Assembly: GCA_964016885.1 (NCBI GenBank)
Contig: OZ024747.1
Span: 72,974,001-73,038,000 of the forward strand
Length of the DNA stretch: 64,000 nt
Direction: 5' to 3'
DNA from: Eledone cirrhosa
Taxonomy: Eukaryota
A program made the translations under genes and the position numbers. The notes beneath the pieces were generated by a model. That model saw nothing but the letters and a program-made list of their open reading frames with translations. It made no database searches and was not told where the DNA came from. Of the stretch, positions 1 to 12,500 are shown one piece after another (position 1 is the stretch's first letter; every line of letters starts with the position of its first letter).

Positions 1-1574
1 TGTAACTCTGCATTCAGCAGAGTTATGGGCCTAAAGTTACTTAAGTCGTCCCCCTTGCTCTCGTCCTTCCTCACTAGCGTGACCACGCCCTTGGTCACAG
101 AACAGGGAATTCTCCTGTTCTGTTGCCAGTTGCAATAGACAGCCTCGAGGAGTTCGGAGAACAAGACCGGCATAGCTAAATAAAATTCGTATGGTAGACC
201 ATCGAGACCCGGGGATTTGCCTCTGCTGCATTGGCTGAGCGCTTCCCCGATTTCAGTGGCTGTGATTGGCCTTTCGCAGCACTCCGCTTCGCCGCTCGAA
301 AGACGCGGTAGACCGTCGAGGTATGGACCGAAGTCCACATCCCCGTCCGGCCCACCGCCCCCTCCGAACAGTCGAGCAAAGTGCCTTTGAAAGGCCTCGC
401 ACATCCGCTCAGGTTCAAGGATCACCCGTCCATCCTGGTCTCGCAAAGACCGAATGGTGAATTTAATCCCACTCTTGGCTTCTGTCACGCGGGCCCAGCT
501 AACAGCTTTGGTCCCCTCGTTTCCTAAAGCACGTATTTTACTTCGGACAACGCAGCCTTCGTGCTTCGAGTCAAAGAACTGGCTCAATGCCGTTCTCGTC
601 GCTAACACTCTGGCTACGTCTCCGCTCCTAATCGCCTCTTCTAGTTTATCTGTTAACTCCCTTTCCCTCCTATTTCTATTCGCCGCTAGTTCCTTACTGT
701 AACCTATCGAACTTACTCTAATCTCTCTCTTTAGAGATATCCACCACCTACTGTTGACGATCGCTCCCGTCAACCGCATCTTAACTAAGCTACTAATCCG
801 GTTTCTGTAATCTTTCTTTGTCGGTAAGGACAAGTTCATCTTCCAGTAACCGGGACCCTGTCTATGCGTTCTATCAAGGTTGACCACGCAGGTCACTAAT
901 TTGTGATCTGAATAGCCAACCATGATCAGTTCTGGACAACTAAATACGTCCCTATCCTTACTCCTAACCAAAAACCTATCTAGGTACGATCTAGATTGTC
1001 CACTGCGGTTTGCCCAGGTCCAGGTTGGCGCAGTTGGACAATCTAGTCGAAATCTATCGACCAGGTCGAATCGATCGAGTAACCCCTTGAGGCTGCTACA
1101 CCCCCCTCTATCGGGACATGCCCCTGCATAGTCCCAACGCGCATCTAGGATTCCATTCCAGTCCCCCACTAAAAGCAGGGAACGCGACGTTCCTAGAAAA
1201 GTCTCCAGACGCTGGAAGAAGTCGGCTCTTTCCGCCCCGAAGGGAGCATAAAGACCGACCAGTCTGAAAGCCCCGCCTTCACCGCCTCCGACGTCCAGCA
1301 CCAGTAATCGACCCCCCGGGTCCGAGTGAACAATCTGTACGTCGAGAGTCAGACGTTTATCCAGTAGTACGGCAACTCCCCCCCCGCCTCCGGGTTGACA
1401 GAGAGATGCGTGCATCTCAAAGTCATCGAAGGCGGGCGCCAGCTGTCTCACGCTGCTGATCCGACTCTCGCAAACAACCATCACATCTATACTTTGTGAC
1501 CTGAGGTCACTTACAAGCTTTGCTTGCTTCCAAGCTGAGCCCAGGCCACGCGCGTTCAAACAGCCAACTCTCAA
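1..1574 (-). CDS. Copy 1 ORF2, N-terminal part (APE endonuclease and start of RT), runs off the window
   Basis: Aligns with 5679-7252 of copy 2 ORF2 at offset 5678; I saw substitutions only. Confidence 0.85.
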   Translation of the reverse strand, partial: MRVGCLNARGLGSAWKQAKLVSDLRSQSIDVMVVCESRISSVRQLAPAFDDFEMHASLCQPGGGGGVAVLLDKRLTLDVQIVHSDPGGRLLVLDVGGGEGGAFRLVGLYAPFGAERADFFQRLETFLGTSRSLLLVGDWNGILDARWDYAGACPDRGGCSSLKGLLDRFDLVDRFRLDCPTAPTWTWANRSGQSRSYLDRFLVRSKDRDVFSCPELIMVGYSDHKLVTCVVNLDRTHRQGPGYWKMNLSLPTKKDYRNRISSLVKMRLTGAIVNSRWWISLKREIRVSSIGYSKELAANRNRRERELTDKLEEAIRSGDVARVLATRTALSQFFDSKHEGCVVRSKIRALGNEGTKAVSWARVTEAKSGIKFTIRSLRDQDGRVILEPERMCEAFQRHFARLFGGGGGPDGDVDFGPYLDGLPRLSSGEAECCERPITATEIGEALSQCSRGKSPGLDGLPYEFYLAMPVLFSELLEAVYCNWQQNRRIPCSVTKGVVTLVRKDESKGDDLSNFRPITLLNAEL

Positions 1575-1579
1575 TTGAT

Positions 1580-3385
1580 CTATTTTGGTGTTGAAAGTGA
1601 AGAAAGAAAAGCACTTACCTCTCCGGGTTGCGTAATTTCCATGGCATCAGGTGTGTTGGGTGGAGGGATGTTTTGTGGTGGTGTGGGGGTACACGTGTGT
1701 AGTGGGGTTTGGGTATTTGGAGTTGTGTCAGGGAGAGGGGCGGTTATGGGGAAATCTTTCAAGAGGACGCGATTCAACGGTTTTAAACAAGGGGGGGCTC
1801 ACGTCCCGTCTAAATTGTTCTTTTAAGGAACGATAAAGGTCCAGAGGGACCTTTATCATTTTTAAATGGGTGAAGTTCTCTGTTGAGATAAAGTTTGGCC
1901 CTTCGGTCTGCACCATAGGGTTATTGTTTATTAATTTAACCAGTTTTTTGTTTTCTTTATTTATATATGTGTATTGCAACGTCTTTTTTTGTGATGCTGT
2001 CAATGTTTCGGAGAGGGGAGGCGCAGATTTATTTTTGTTTGTTGAGGGTGGGGTGTTTTTGATTGGAGTTGGTGTTTGTGTGTGGGTTATTTGTGGTGTG
2101 CTGGGTGTGTGTTTTCTTTTTTTTCTTTTAACTTGTCTGAAGGCTTCTCCTCCTTCTTCTTCAGAAGTTGGGGGAAACTCTTCAGCGCTAGGTGGGAGGG
2201 ACGTGTTGTGTGGTTGTTTTTTTTTGCGGGAGGGGTAGATTTGTTACTGTTTTTTTTATTATTTGTTTGGAATGGGTTTTGTGGTGGTGGTGGTAATGTT
2301 TGTGTCGTGCTTGTGGTTGGTGATGGTGGTGGTGATTTTTGTGTCGTGCTTGTGTTTGGTGCTGGTGGTGGTGATGTTTGTGTTGTGTTTGTGGTTGGTG
2401 GTGTCTGTATTTTGTTTGCTGTGTGTGGTATTAGTGTATTTTTGGAGGTGGGTGGTGTTGGTGTACTGTTTGTGGTGGGTGTGGGCAATAGTCCTTTTTG
2501 GGGGATACGTTTCGGGCAGTTAGCCTTAACGTGTCCCCTTTCCATGCATAAATAGCATGCTGGTCTTCTCCCCTCTACAATTATGTCTATTGGGTTAAGG
2601 TCATCCAGCCAGATGCGATCCGGGATTTGTGCTATTCTTTCGGGCCTCATTTGGACTAGTATGTCGAGGCCCATTCCCAGGAACGCATCTCCAGTTGCCT
2701 TCCCCATTGACAGCATAGTGTCTTCGCCCATATCAATGAAGCCAGCAATAGCCCACCAGAAGTCCATTGTGGGCAGCATTGTTTTTACTTTTACTCTCTG
2801 TGTTCTTCTACCCATGTAGGAGGGATAGAAGCTATATGTTGTCGACGAGAGTGGGCTTAGGGAAAGCTTCTCCGCCGTTTCTTTGTCTCTTGTTAGGACC
2901 GAAATGCTGCCATAGAGTCGGTCCTTTCGTATGAAGAGAATATTCTTCATATAGTCTTTTAGGACTAACTCTATTTCCATTTGGCTGGGCTGTGCTGGCT
3001 TTCTTGTCTGGTTCAGTATAGTTCTGTATAGAACTGTGTTTTCTGCTCTGGCTTTCTTGAATTCTGGGGGGGAGTTAATGGAAAACATTCCGTTCTCCCC
3101 CAAAACAATGTGTTTCTTTGCTTCGGCCAGTTTTTCTCTGGCAGCAGTTAGGTCAATTGGTGTGTATGTAATGGATTGTTTTGTTTTCTGGGCGAAAGTT
3201 GCCCTGTCGTTATTTGTATTATTTTCTGTTTGTTTGTTTTCTGTTTGCTCATTTTCCTTAACATTTGTTTTTTCATTTTGTTTGTTTGTTTCAATGTCTA
3301 ATTTTGTTGTAATTATTTTTTGTTCTTCAGACTTGGGGGGCGTGGCAGAGCTAATGGCAGACATGTCTGCCATCTTTTCCGCCAT
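1580..3385 (-). pseudogene. Copy 1 ORF1, frameshifted
   Basis: One A missing from the A-run near 2221 gives the 441-aa truncated ORF. There is also a 1-nt insertion near 1790 and a ~30-bp deletion in the Pro/Thr repeat relative to the 620-aa copies. Confidence 0.85.
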
Positions 3386-3823
3386 GCTGCCAAGAAAGAA
3401 ATTTTTCGGCAAAAATAGATATTTATTTTACCCCCTAAAAAGGGGGTAAATGCAAAAATGTTTCCCTAAATAACAGGGGTTAGTGTTCCAAATGTGTTGC
3501 ACTAAAAAATTTATCCGGTACTTACAATAGTAAGGGTAAATCCCGATGGAATAGCGGAGCCGATGCGAAGCGTGTCTTACTCTATCAAGATAAATTTCTA
3601 TTTATTTGCCACGAGGGCACAAAAGAAGGGGACATTTACACAGTGGGGGAGTTTACATAAATCGAGTAAAGAAAAAAGGAATAACAATAATAATATAACA
3701 ATAAAAGTCCTCAAAAGGGAGGGGGCGTGTTGGGGATTGCACATACCCCCGAAAAGTGTGCAACTCTTTTCGCGGGGGAAGCCCAGAGAGGAGGCGCTCC
3801 CCCTTTCCTCTTCACTTCTTCAC

Positions 3824-6800
3824 CTACAGAACAATGTAGAGAGAAGGCCCATTTACACGGGCCATTCTCGCTTCTTTCACCCACCTTTCATAAAACTGTC
3901 TGGGACCAAGCACTTCTCTCTCCATCCTGATTCTTCTTCCGAAGTGGTATCGGAAGAAGTAAACCAGGTGATGGCCGGAGAGAAAGTCACCCGACCTCAG
4001 ACCTTTCAGGCGCGTCCACCACACAACCTCTTTCATCATGGCTATTACGCACAGAAAGACCGCCTCTGCTTCATTTCTGAAGGGAGGAGGCGGCTTGATG
4101 TTCACCACAGACTCGGCGGTTAATCGAATCGGCGCCACACGCGACAGCAGTCGTTCGACGTAGCCCCACAGATCGGCAACGCCCGGGCAGTGTACCAGTG
4201 CATGCGCAACGGTTTCCTCGTCGCGCACGCATCTGGGACAGATCTTTATCGCGGGATCCCTGCCCGGGCGCCCGTGTCTGTAGAGCTTTTCTCGAACGGG
4301 CAGAGCCCCCCGGTAACACTGCCAGGCTAGGGACCTCTGGAAGTTGTCCATGGGTCCCGGGCCAAAAGTTCTACCGAACAGGCTGGCCAGTTCGTCCTCC
4401 TCCATGCCTAGCGACTCTCCAAGGGTGTCGTCGCCCCTGCTAGCCACCAACCCTCTATAGAATGTCGAGGTGGATTCTCCACTGACAGTCGGGTCCGCTT
4501 GCCAAATAGCCGTGAGCGCCTGGGCACACTCGGTGTGCCAGTTGCCCAGTTTTCTCGGTCTTTGCTTCACCCAGGATTGCAGTTCGGTGAGCGAGACGAG
4601 CTGTGGGAAGGCTCGCCTCACAAACGGGGCCCACACCGGCTGACCGTTGAGGAATACCTGTAGATGCCGTAGCCTCAATGCGTGCCTACGCATCAACAGC
4701 CACGGCATACCCAGCCCTCCTTTCGAAGGGTGCTGGCAGCAGATGGATCTCCTCACCATGGGAGGCCGCTTCTTCCAGAGGAACTGGAAGAGCATGCGTT
4801 CCATGATGGTGAGCTTTTCCTTGGGGCAAGGCACGACGGTCAGGCGGTAGTAGATGACGGACGCTATGTAAGCGTTCGTCACCTCCGCCCGACCTTTCAG
4901 TGATAGTTTGCACGTGGCCCACTTCTGGGTCAGCGCAAACACCCTGCTCGTCACCTCGCCCCAATTCTTCTCCACCTGGAGGTCCGGTCCGAACCAGACC
5001 CCGAGCAGCTTCACCGGGCCCTCCGTCCACCGCCCGACGACACCGTCTAACGGCATCGGTTTGCCCCTCCACGTTCCGAGTTGCAAACCGACTGACTTGT
5101 CCTGGTTCAGCTTAGCCCCCGTCAGCCTTTCGTATTCCTCCAGTAGGGTGGCGATCGCCCCGATTTCCGAGGCGTCCGCCACCATTACTGTTACGTCGTC
5201 GGCATAGGCCGAGACCGCTTTGTGCAATCCCGGTTCCAGGGGTATGCCCCGCAGCAACTCCAACTTCCGCAGCAGTGGCTCGAGAGTCAATACGTACAGA
5301 AGGGAGGAGAGGGGGCACCCCTGTCTGATGGATCGGGTGATTTGAAACGGCTCCGAGAGGTAGCCGTTTACTTTAATCCTAGAGTAGATGTTGCCACTGT
5401 GCATGGCAGAAATCCAGCCCCTGAAAACGGGTCCGAAGCCCGCCGCCGCTAGCACCGCATCCAGGTAACCATGGTCGACCCTATCGAACGCCTTAGATTG
5501 ATCCAAGTTGATCAGGGCCCCACCAAAGCCGGGTTCGTAGCCAACCCTCTCTATGATGTATCGCATGAGGTGGAGGTTGTCGTGAATGGACCTGGACGGG
5601 ATAGCGCATGTCTGCGCGTCTCCCACCAAACCACCCACCACAAGCGCCAACCTCTTCGCCAACACCTTGGCCAAAATCTGTAACTCTGCATTCAGCAGAG
5701 TTATGGGCCTAAAGTTACTTAAGTCGTCCCCCTTGCTCTCGTCCTTCCTCACTAGCGTGACCACGCCCTTGGTCACAGAACAGGGAATTCTCCCGTTCTG
5801 TTGCCAGTTGCAATAGACAGCCTCGAGGAGTTCGGAGAACAAGACCGGCATAGCTAAATAAAGTTCGTATGGTAGACCATCGAGACCCGGGGATTTGCGT
5901 CTGCTGCATTGGCTGAGCGCTTCCCCGATTTCAGTGGCTGTGATTGGCCCTTCGCAGCACTCCGCTTCGCCGCTCGAAAGACGCGGTAGACCGTCGAGGT
6001 ATGGACCGAAGTCCACATCCCCGTCCGGCCCCCCGCCACCTCCGAACAGTCGAGCAAAGTGCCTTTGAAAGGTCTCGCACATTCGCTCAGGTTCAAGGAT
6101 CACCCGTCCATCCTGGTCTCGCAAAGACCGAATGGTGGATTTAATCCCACTCTTGGCTTCTGTCACGCGGGCCCAGCTAACAGCTTTGGTCCCCTCGTTT
6201 CCTAAAGCACGTATTTTACTTCGGACAACGCAGCCTTCGTGCTTCGAGTCAAAGAACTGGCTCAATGCCGTTCTCGTCGCTAACACTCTGGCTACGTCTC
6301 CGCTCCTAATCGCCTCTTCTAGTTTATCTGTTAACTCCCTTTCCCTCCTATTTCTATTCGCCGCTAGTTCCTTACTGTAACCTATCGAACTTACTCTAAT
6401 CTCTCTCTTTAGAGATATCCACCACCTACTGTTGACGATCGCTCCCGTCAACCGCATCTTAACTAAGCTACTAATCCGGTTTCTGTAATCTTTCTTTGTC
6501 GGTAAGGACAAGTTCATCTTCCAGTAACCGGGACCCTGTCTATGCGTTCTATCAAGGTTGACCACGCAGGTCACTAATTTGTGATCTGAATAGCCAACCA
6601 TGATCAGTTCAGGACAACTAAATACGTCCCTATCCTTACTCCTAACCAAAAACCTATCTAGGTACGATCTAGATTGTCCACTGCGGTTTGCCCAGGTCCA
6701 GGTTGGCGCAGTTGGACAATCTAGTCGAAATCTATCGACCAGGTCGAATCGATCGAGTAACCCCTTGAGGCTGCTACACCCCCCTCTATCGGGACATGCC

Positions 6801-7252
6801 CCTGCATAGTCCCAACGCGCATCTAGGATTCCATTCCAGTCCCCCACTAAAAGCAGGGAACGCGACGTTCCTAGAAAAGTCTCCAGACGTTGGAAGAAGT
6901 CGGCTCTTTCCGCCCCGAAGGGAGCATAAAGACCGACCAGTCTGAAAGCCCCGCCTTCACCGCCTCCGACGTCCAGCACCAGTAATCGACCCCCCGGGTC
7001 CGAGTGAACAATCTGTACGTCGAGAGTCAGACGTTTATCCAGTAGTACGGCAACTCCCCCCCCGCCTCCGGGTTGACAGAGAGATGCGTGCATCTCAAAG
7101 TCATCGAAGGCGGGCGCCAGCTGTCTCACGCTGCTGATCCGACTCTCGCAAACAACCATCACATCTATACTTTGTGACCTGAGGTCACTTACAAGCTTTG
7201 CTTGCTTCCAAGCTGAGCCCAGGCCACGCGCGTTCAAACAGCCAACTCTCAA
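3824..7252 (-). CDS. Copy 2 ORF2, intact 1142 aa: APE endonuclease, reverse transcriptase, C-terminal CCHC
   Basis: APE motifs LNARGL, VCESR, LYAP, GDWN, SYLDRFL, SDH. L1/Tx1-type GPGYWKMN and KGGLG. RT motifs KSPGLDG, FRPITLLN, KAFDRV, QGCPLS, YADD. Zinc motif CPRC-x8-H-x4-C. Begins at TTG. Confidence 0.96.
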   Translation of the reverse strand: MRVGCLNARGLGSAWKQAKLVSDLRSQSIDVMVVCESRISSVRQLAPAFDDFEMHASLCQPGGGGGVAVLLDKRLTLDVQIVHSDPGGRLLVLDVGGGEGGAFRLVGLYAPFGAERADFFQRLETFLGTSRSLLLVGDWNGILDARWDYAGACPDRGGCSSLKGLLDRFDLVDRFRLDCPTAPTWTWANRSGQSRSYLDRFLVRSKDRDVFSCPELIMVGYSDHKLVTCVVNLDRTHRQGPGYWKMNLSLPTKKDYRNRISSLVKMRLTGAIVNSRWWISLKREIRVSSIGYSKELAANRNRRERELTDKLEEAIRSGDVARVLATRTALSQFFDSKHEGCVVRSKIRALGNEGTKAVSWARVTEAKSGIKSTIRSLRDQDGRVILEPERMCETFQRHFARLFGGGGGPDGDVDFGPYLDGLPRLSSGEAECCEGPITATEIGEALSQCSRRKSPGLDGLPYELYLAMPVLFSELLEAVYCNWQQNGRIPCSVTKGVVTLVRKDESKGDDLSNFRPITLLNAELQILAKVLAKRLALVVGGLVGDAQTCAIPSRSIHDNLHLMRYIIERVGYEPGFGGALINLDQSKAFDRVDHGYLDAVLAAAGFGPVFRGWISAMHSGNIYSRIKVNGYLSEPFQITRSIRQGCPLSSLLYVLTLEPLLRKLELLRGIPLEPGLHKAVSAYADDVTVMVADASEIGAIATLLEEYERLTGAKLNQDKSVGLQLGTWRGKPMPLDGVVGRWTEGPVKLLGVWFGPDLQVEKNWGEVTSRVFALTQKWATCKLSLKGRAEVTNAYIASVIYYRLTVVPCPKEKLTIMERMLFQFLWKKRPPMVRRSICCQHPSKGGLGMPWLLMRRHALRLRHLQVFLNGQPVWAPFVRRAFPQLVSLTELQSWVKQRPRKLGNWHTECAQALTAIWQADPTVSGESTSTFYRGLVASRGDDTLGESLGMEEDELASLFGRTFGPGPMDNFQRSLAWQCYRGALPVREKLYRHGRPGRDPAIKICPRCVRDEETVAHALVHCPGVADLWGYVERLLSRVAPIRLTAESVVNIKPPPPFRNEAEAVFLCVIAMMKEVVWWTRLKGLRSGDFLSGHHLVYFFRYHFGRRIRMEREVLGPRQFYERWVKEARMARVNGPSLYIVL

Positions 7253-7257
7253 TTGAT

Positions 7258-9063
7258 CTATTTTGGTGTTGAAAGTGAAGAAAGAAAAGCACTTACCTCT
7301 CCGGGTTGCGTAATTTCCATGGCATCAGGTGTGTTGGGTGGAGGGATGTTTTGTGGTGGTGTGGGGGTACACGTGTGTAGTGGGGTTTGGGTATTTGGAG
7401 TTGTGTCAGGGAGAGGGGCGGTTATGGGGAAATCTTTCAAGAGGACGCGATTCAACGGTTTTAAACAAGGGGGGGCTCACGTCCCGTCTAAATTGTTCTT
7501 TTAAGGAACGATAAAGGTCCAGAGGGACCTTTATCATTTTTAAATGGGTGAAGTTCTCTGTTGAGATAAAGTTTGGCCCTTCGGTCTGCACCATAGGGTT
7601 ATTGTTTATTAATTTAACCAGTTTTTTGTTTTCTTTATTTATATATGTGTATTGCAACGTCTTTTTTTGTGATGCTGTCAATGTTTCGGAGAGGGGAGGC
7701 GCAGATTTATTTTTGTTTGTTGAGGGTGGGGTGTTTTTGATTGGAGTTGGTGTTTGTGTGTGGGTTATTTGTGGTGTGCTGGGTGTGTGTTTTCTTTTTT
7801 TTCTTTTAACTTGTCTGAAGGCTTCTCCTCCTTCTTCTTCAGAAGTTGGGGGAAACTCTTCAGCGCTAGGTGGGAGGGACGTGTTGTGTGGTTGTTTTTT
7901 TTTGCGGGAGGGGTAGATTTGTTACTGTTTTTTTTATTATTTGTTTGGAATGGGTTTTGTGGTGGTGGTGGTAATGTTTGTGTCGTGCTTGTGGTTGGTG
8001 ATGGTGGTGGTGATTTTTGTGTCGTGCTTGTGTTTGGTGCTGGTGGTGGTGATGTTTGTGTTGTGTTTGTGGTTGGTGGTGTCTGTATTTTGTTTGCTGT
8101 GTGTGGTATTAGTGTATTTTTGGAGGTGGGTGGTGTTGGTGTACTGTTTGTGGTGGGTGTGGGCAATAGTCCTTTTTGGGGGATACGTTTCGGGCAGTTA
8201 GCCTTAACGTGTCCCCTTTCCATGCATAAATAGCATGCTGGTCTTCTCCCCTCTACAATTATGTCTATTGGGTTAAGGTCATCCAGCCAGATGCGATCCG
8301 GGATTTGTGCTATTCTTTCGGGCCTCATTTGGACTAGTATGTCGAGGCCCATTCCCAGGAACGCATCTCCAGTTGCCTTCCCCATTGACAGCATAGTGTC
8401 TTCGCCCATATCAATGAAGCCAGCAATAGCCCACCAGAAGTCCATTGTGGGCAGCATTGTTTTTACTTTTACTCTCTGTGTTCTTCTACCCATGTAGGAG
8501 GGATAGAAGCTATATGTTGTCGACGAGAGTGGGCTTAGGGAAAGCTTCTCCGCCGTTTCTTTGTCTCTTGTTAGGACCGAAATGCTGCCATAGAGTCGGT
8601 CCTTTCGTATGAAGAGAATATTCTTCATATAGTCTTTTAGGACTAACTCTATTTCCATTTGGCTGGGCTGTGCTGGCTTTCTTGTCTGGTTCAGTATAGT
8701 TCTGTATAGAACTGTGTTTTCTGCTCTGGCTTTCTTGAATTCTGGGGGGGAGTTAATGGAAAACATTCCGTTCTCCCCCAAAACAATGTGTTTCTTTGCT
8801 TCGGCCAGTTTTTCTCTGGCAGCAGTTAGGTCAATTGGTGTGTATGTAATGGATTGTTTTGTTTTCTGGGCGAAAGTTGCCCTGTCGTTATTTGTATTAT
8901 TTTCTGTTTGTTTGTTTTCTGTTTGCTCATTTTCCTTAACATTTGTTTTTTCATTTTGTTTGTTTGTTTCAATGTCTAATTTTGTTGTAATTATTTTTTG
9001 TTCTTCAGACTTGGGGGGCGTGGCAGAGCTAATGGCAGACATGTCTGCCATCTTTTCCGCCAT
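7258..9063 (-). pseudogene. Copy 2 ORF1, frameshifted (same lesions as copy 1)
   Basis: Its 441-aa truncated ORF is identical to that of copy 1. Confidence 0.85.
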
Positions 9064-9501
9064 GCTGCCAAGAAAGAAATTTTTCGGCAAAAATAGATAT
9101 TTATTTTACCCCCTAAAAAGGGGGTAAATGCAAAAATGTTTCCCTAAATAACAGGGGTTAGTGTTCCAAATGTGTTGCACTAAAAAATTTATCCGGTACT
9201 TACAATAGTAAGGGTAAATCCCGATGGAATAGCGGAGCCGATGCGAAGCGTGTCTTACTCTATCAAGATAAATTTCTATTTATTTGCCACGAGGGCACAA
9301 AAGAAGGGGACATTTACACAGTGGGGGAGTTTACATAAATCGAGTAAAGAAAAAAGGAATAACAATAATAATATAACAATAAAAGTCCTCAAAAGGGAGG
9401 GGGCGTGTTGGGGATTGCACATACCCCCGAAAAGTGTGCAACTCTTTTCGCGGGGGAAGCCCAGAGAGGAGGCGCTCCCCCTTTCCTCTTCACTTCTTCA
9501 C

Positions 9502-12500
9502 CTACAGAACAATGTAGAGAGAAGGCCCATTTACACGGGCCATTCTCGCTTCTTTCACCCACCTTTCATAAAACTGTCTGGGACCAAGCACTTCTCTCTC
9601 CATCCTGATTCTTCTTCCGAAGTGGTATCGGAAGAAGTAAACCAGGTGATGGCCGGAGAGAAAGTCACCCGACCTCAGACCTTTCAGGCGCGTCCACCAC
9701 ACAACCTCTTTCATCATGGCTATTACGCACAGAAAGACCGCCTCTGCTTCATTTCTGAAGGGAGGAGGCGGCTTGATGTTCACCACAGACTCGGCGGTTA
9801 ATCGAATCGGCGCCACACGCGACAGCAGTCGTTCGACGTAGCCCCACAGATCGGCAACGCCCGGGCAGTGTACCAGTGCATGCGCAACGGTTTCCTCGTC
9901 GCGCACGCATCTGGGACAGATCTTTATCGCGGGATCCCTGCCCGGGCGCCCGTGTCTGTAGAGCTTTTCTCGAACGGGCAGAGCCCCCCGGTAACACTGC
10001 CAGGCTAGGGACCTCTGGAAGTTGTCCATGGGTCCCGGGCCAAAAGTTCTACCGAACAGGCTGGCCAGTTCGTCTTCCTCCATGCCTAGCGACTCTCCAA
10101 GGGTGTCGTCGCCCCTGCTAGCCACCAACCCTCTATAGAATGTCGAGGTGGATTCTCCACTGACAGTCGGGTCCGCTTGCCAAATAGCCGTGAGCGCCTG
10201 GGCACACTCGGTGTGCCAGTTGCCCAGTTTTCTCGGTCTTTGCTTCACCCAGGATTGCAGTTCGGTGAGCGAGACGAGCTGTGGGAAGGCTCGCCTCACA
10301 AACGGGGCCCACACCGGCTGACCGTTGAGGAATACCTGTAGATGCCGTAGCCTCAATGCGTGCCTACGCATCAACAGCCACGGCATACCCAGCCCTCCTT
10401 TCGAAGGGTGCTGGCAGCAGATGGATCTCCTCACCATGGGAGGCCGCTTCTTCCAGAGGAACTGGAAGAGCATGCGTTCCATGATGGTGAGCTTTTCCTT
10501 GGGGCAAGGCACGACGGTCAGGCGGTAGTAGATGACGGACGCTATGTAAGCGTTCGTCACCTCCGCCCGACCTTTCAGTGATAGTTTGCACGTGGCCCAC
10601 TTCTGGGTCAGCGCAAACACCCTGCTCGTCACCTCGCCCCAATTCTTCTCCACCTGGAGGTCCGGTCCGAACCAGACCCCGAGCAGCTTCACCGGGCCCT
10701 CCGTCCACCGCCCGACGACACCGTCTAACGGCATCGGTTTGCCCCTCCACGTTCCGAGTTGCAAACCGACTGACTTGTCCTGGTTCAGCTTAGCCCCCGT
10801 CAGCCTTTCGTATTCCTCCAGTAGGGTGGCGATCGCCCCGATTTCCGAGGCGTCCGCCACCATTACTGTTACGTCGTCGGCATAGGCCGAGACCGCTTTG
10901 TGCAATCCCGGTTCCAGGGGTATGCCCCGCAGCAACTCCAACTTCCGCAGCAGTGGCTCGAGAGTCAATACGTACAGAAGGGAGGAGAGGGGGCACCCCT
11001 GTCTGATGGATCGGGTGATTTGAAACGGCTCCGAGAGGTAGCCGTTTACTTTAATCCTAGAGTAGATGTTGCCACTGTGCATGGCAGAAATCCAGCCCCT
11101 GAAAACGGGTCCGAAGCCCGCCGCCGCTAGCACCGCATCCAGGTAACCATGGTCGACCCTATCGAACGCCTTAGATTGATCCAAGTTGATCAGGGCCCCA
11201 CCAAAGCCGGGTTCGTAGCCAACCCTCTCTATGATGTATCGCATGAGGTGGAGGTTGTCGTGAATGGACCTGGACGGGATAGCGCATGTCTGCGCGTCTC
11301 CCACCAAACCACCCACCACAAGCGCCAACCTCTTCGCCAACACCTTGGCCAAAATCTGTAACTCTGCATTCAGCAGAGTTATGGGCCTAAAGTTACTTAA
11401 GTCGTCCCCCTTGCTCTCGTCCTTCCTCACTAGCGTGACCACGCCCTTGGTCACAGAACAGGGAATTCTCCCGTTCTGTTGCCAGTTGCAATAGACAGCC
11501 TCGAGGAGTTCGGAGAACAAGACCGGCATAGCTAAATAAAGTTCGTATGGTAGACCATCGAGACCCGGGGATTTGCGTCTGCTGCATTGGCTGAGCGCTT
11601 CCCCGATTTCAGTGGCTGTGATTGGCCCTTCGCAGCACTCCGCTTCGCCGCTCGAAAGACGCGGTAGACCGTCGAGGTATGGACCGAAGTCCACATCCCC
11701 GTCCGGCCCCCCGCCACCTCCGAACAGTCGAGCAAAGTGCCTTTGAAAGGTCTCGCACATTCGCTCAGGTTCAAGGATCACCCGTCCATCCTGGTCTCGC
11801 AAAGACCGAATGGTGGATTTAATCCCACTCTTGGCTTCTGTCACGCGGGCCCAGCTAACAGCTTTGGTCCCCTCGTTTCCTAAAGCACGTATTTTACTTC
11901 GGACAACGCAGCCTTCGTGCTTCGAGTCAAAGAACTGGCTCAATGCCGTTCTCGTCGCTAACACTCTGGCTACGTCTCCGCTCCTAATCGCCTCTTCTAG
12001 TTTATCTGTTAACTCCCTTTCCCTCCTATTTCTATTCGCCGCTAGTTCCTTACTGTAACCTATCGAACTTACTCTAATCTCTCTACTGTTGACGATCGCT
12101 CCCGTCAACCGCATCTTAACTAAGCTACTAATCCGGTTTCTGTAATCTTTCTTTGTCGGTAAGGACAAGTTCATCTTCCAGTAACCGGGACCCTGTCTAT
12201 GCGTTCTATCAAGGTTGACCACGCAGGTCACTAATTTGTGATCTGAATAGCCAACCATGATCAGTTCAGGACAACTAAATACGTCCCTATCCTTACTCCT
12301 AACCAAAAACCTATCTAGGTACGATCTAGATTGTCCACTGCGGTTTGCCCAGGTCCAGGTTGGCGCAGTTGGACAATCTAGTCGAAATCTATCGACCAGG
12401 TCGAATCGATCGAGTAACCCCTTGAGGCTGCTACACCCCCCTCTATCGGGACATGCCCCTGCATAGTCCCAACGCGCATCTAGGATTCCATTCCAGTCCC

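Larger units (their letters stand above)
1..3588 (-). mobile_element. Family A L1/Tx1-group non-LTR retrotransposon, copy 1 (5' part; 3' part lies beyond window start)
   Basis: Near-identical to copies 2-7. The 5' end TTGATAGAGTAAGAC ends at 3588 next to a single GATA (3589-3592). Confidence 0.95.
3593..9266 (-). mobile_element. Family A copy 2, full length (5674 bp)
   Basis: Bounded by a single GATA on each side (3589-3592, 9267-9270); contains 5'UTR, ORF1, ORF2 and 3'UTR with AATAAA. Confidence 0.97.
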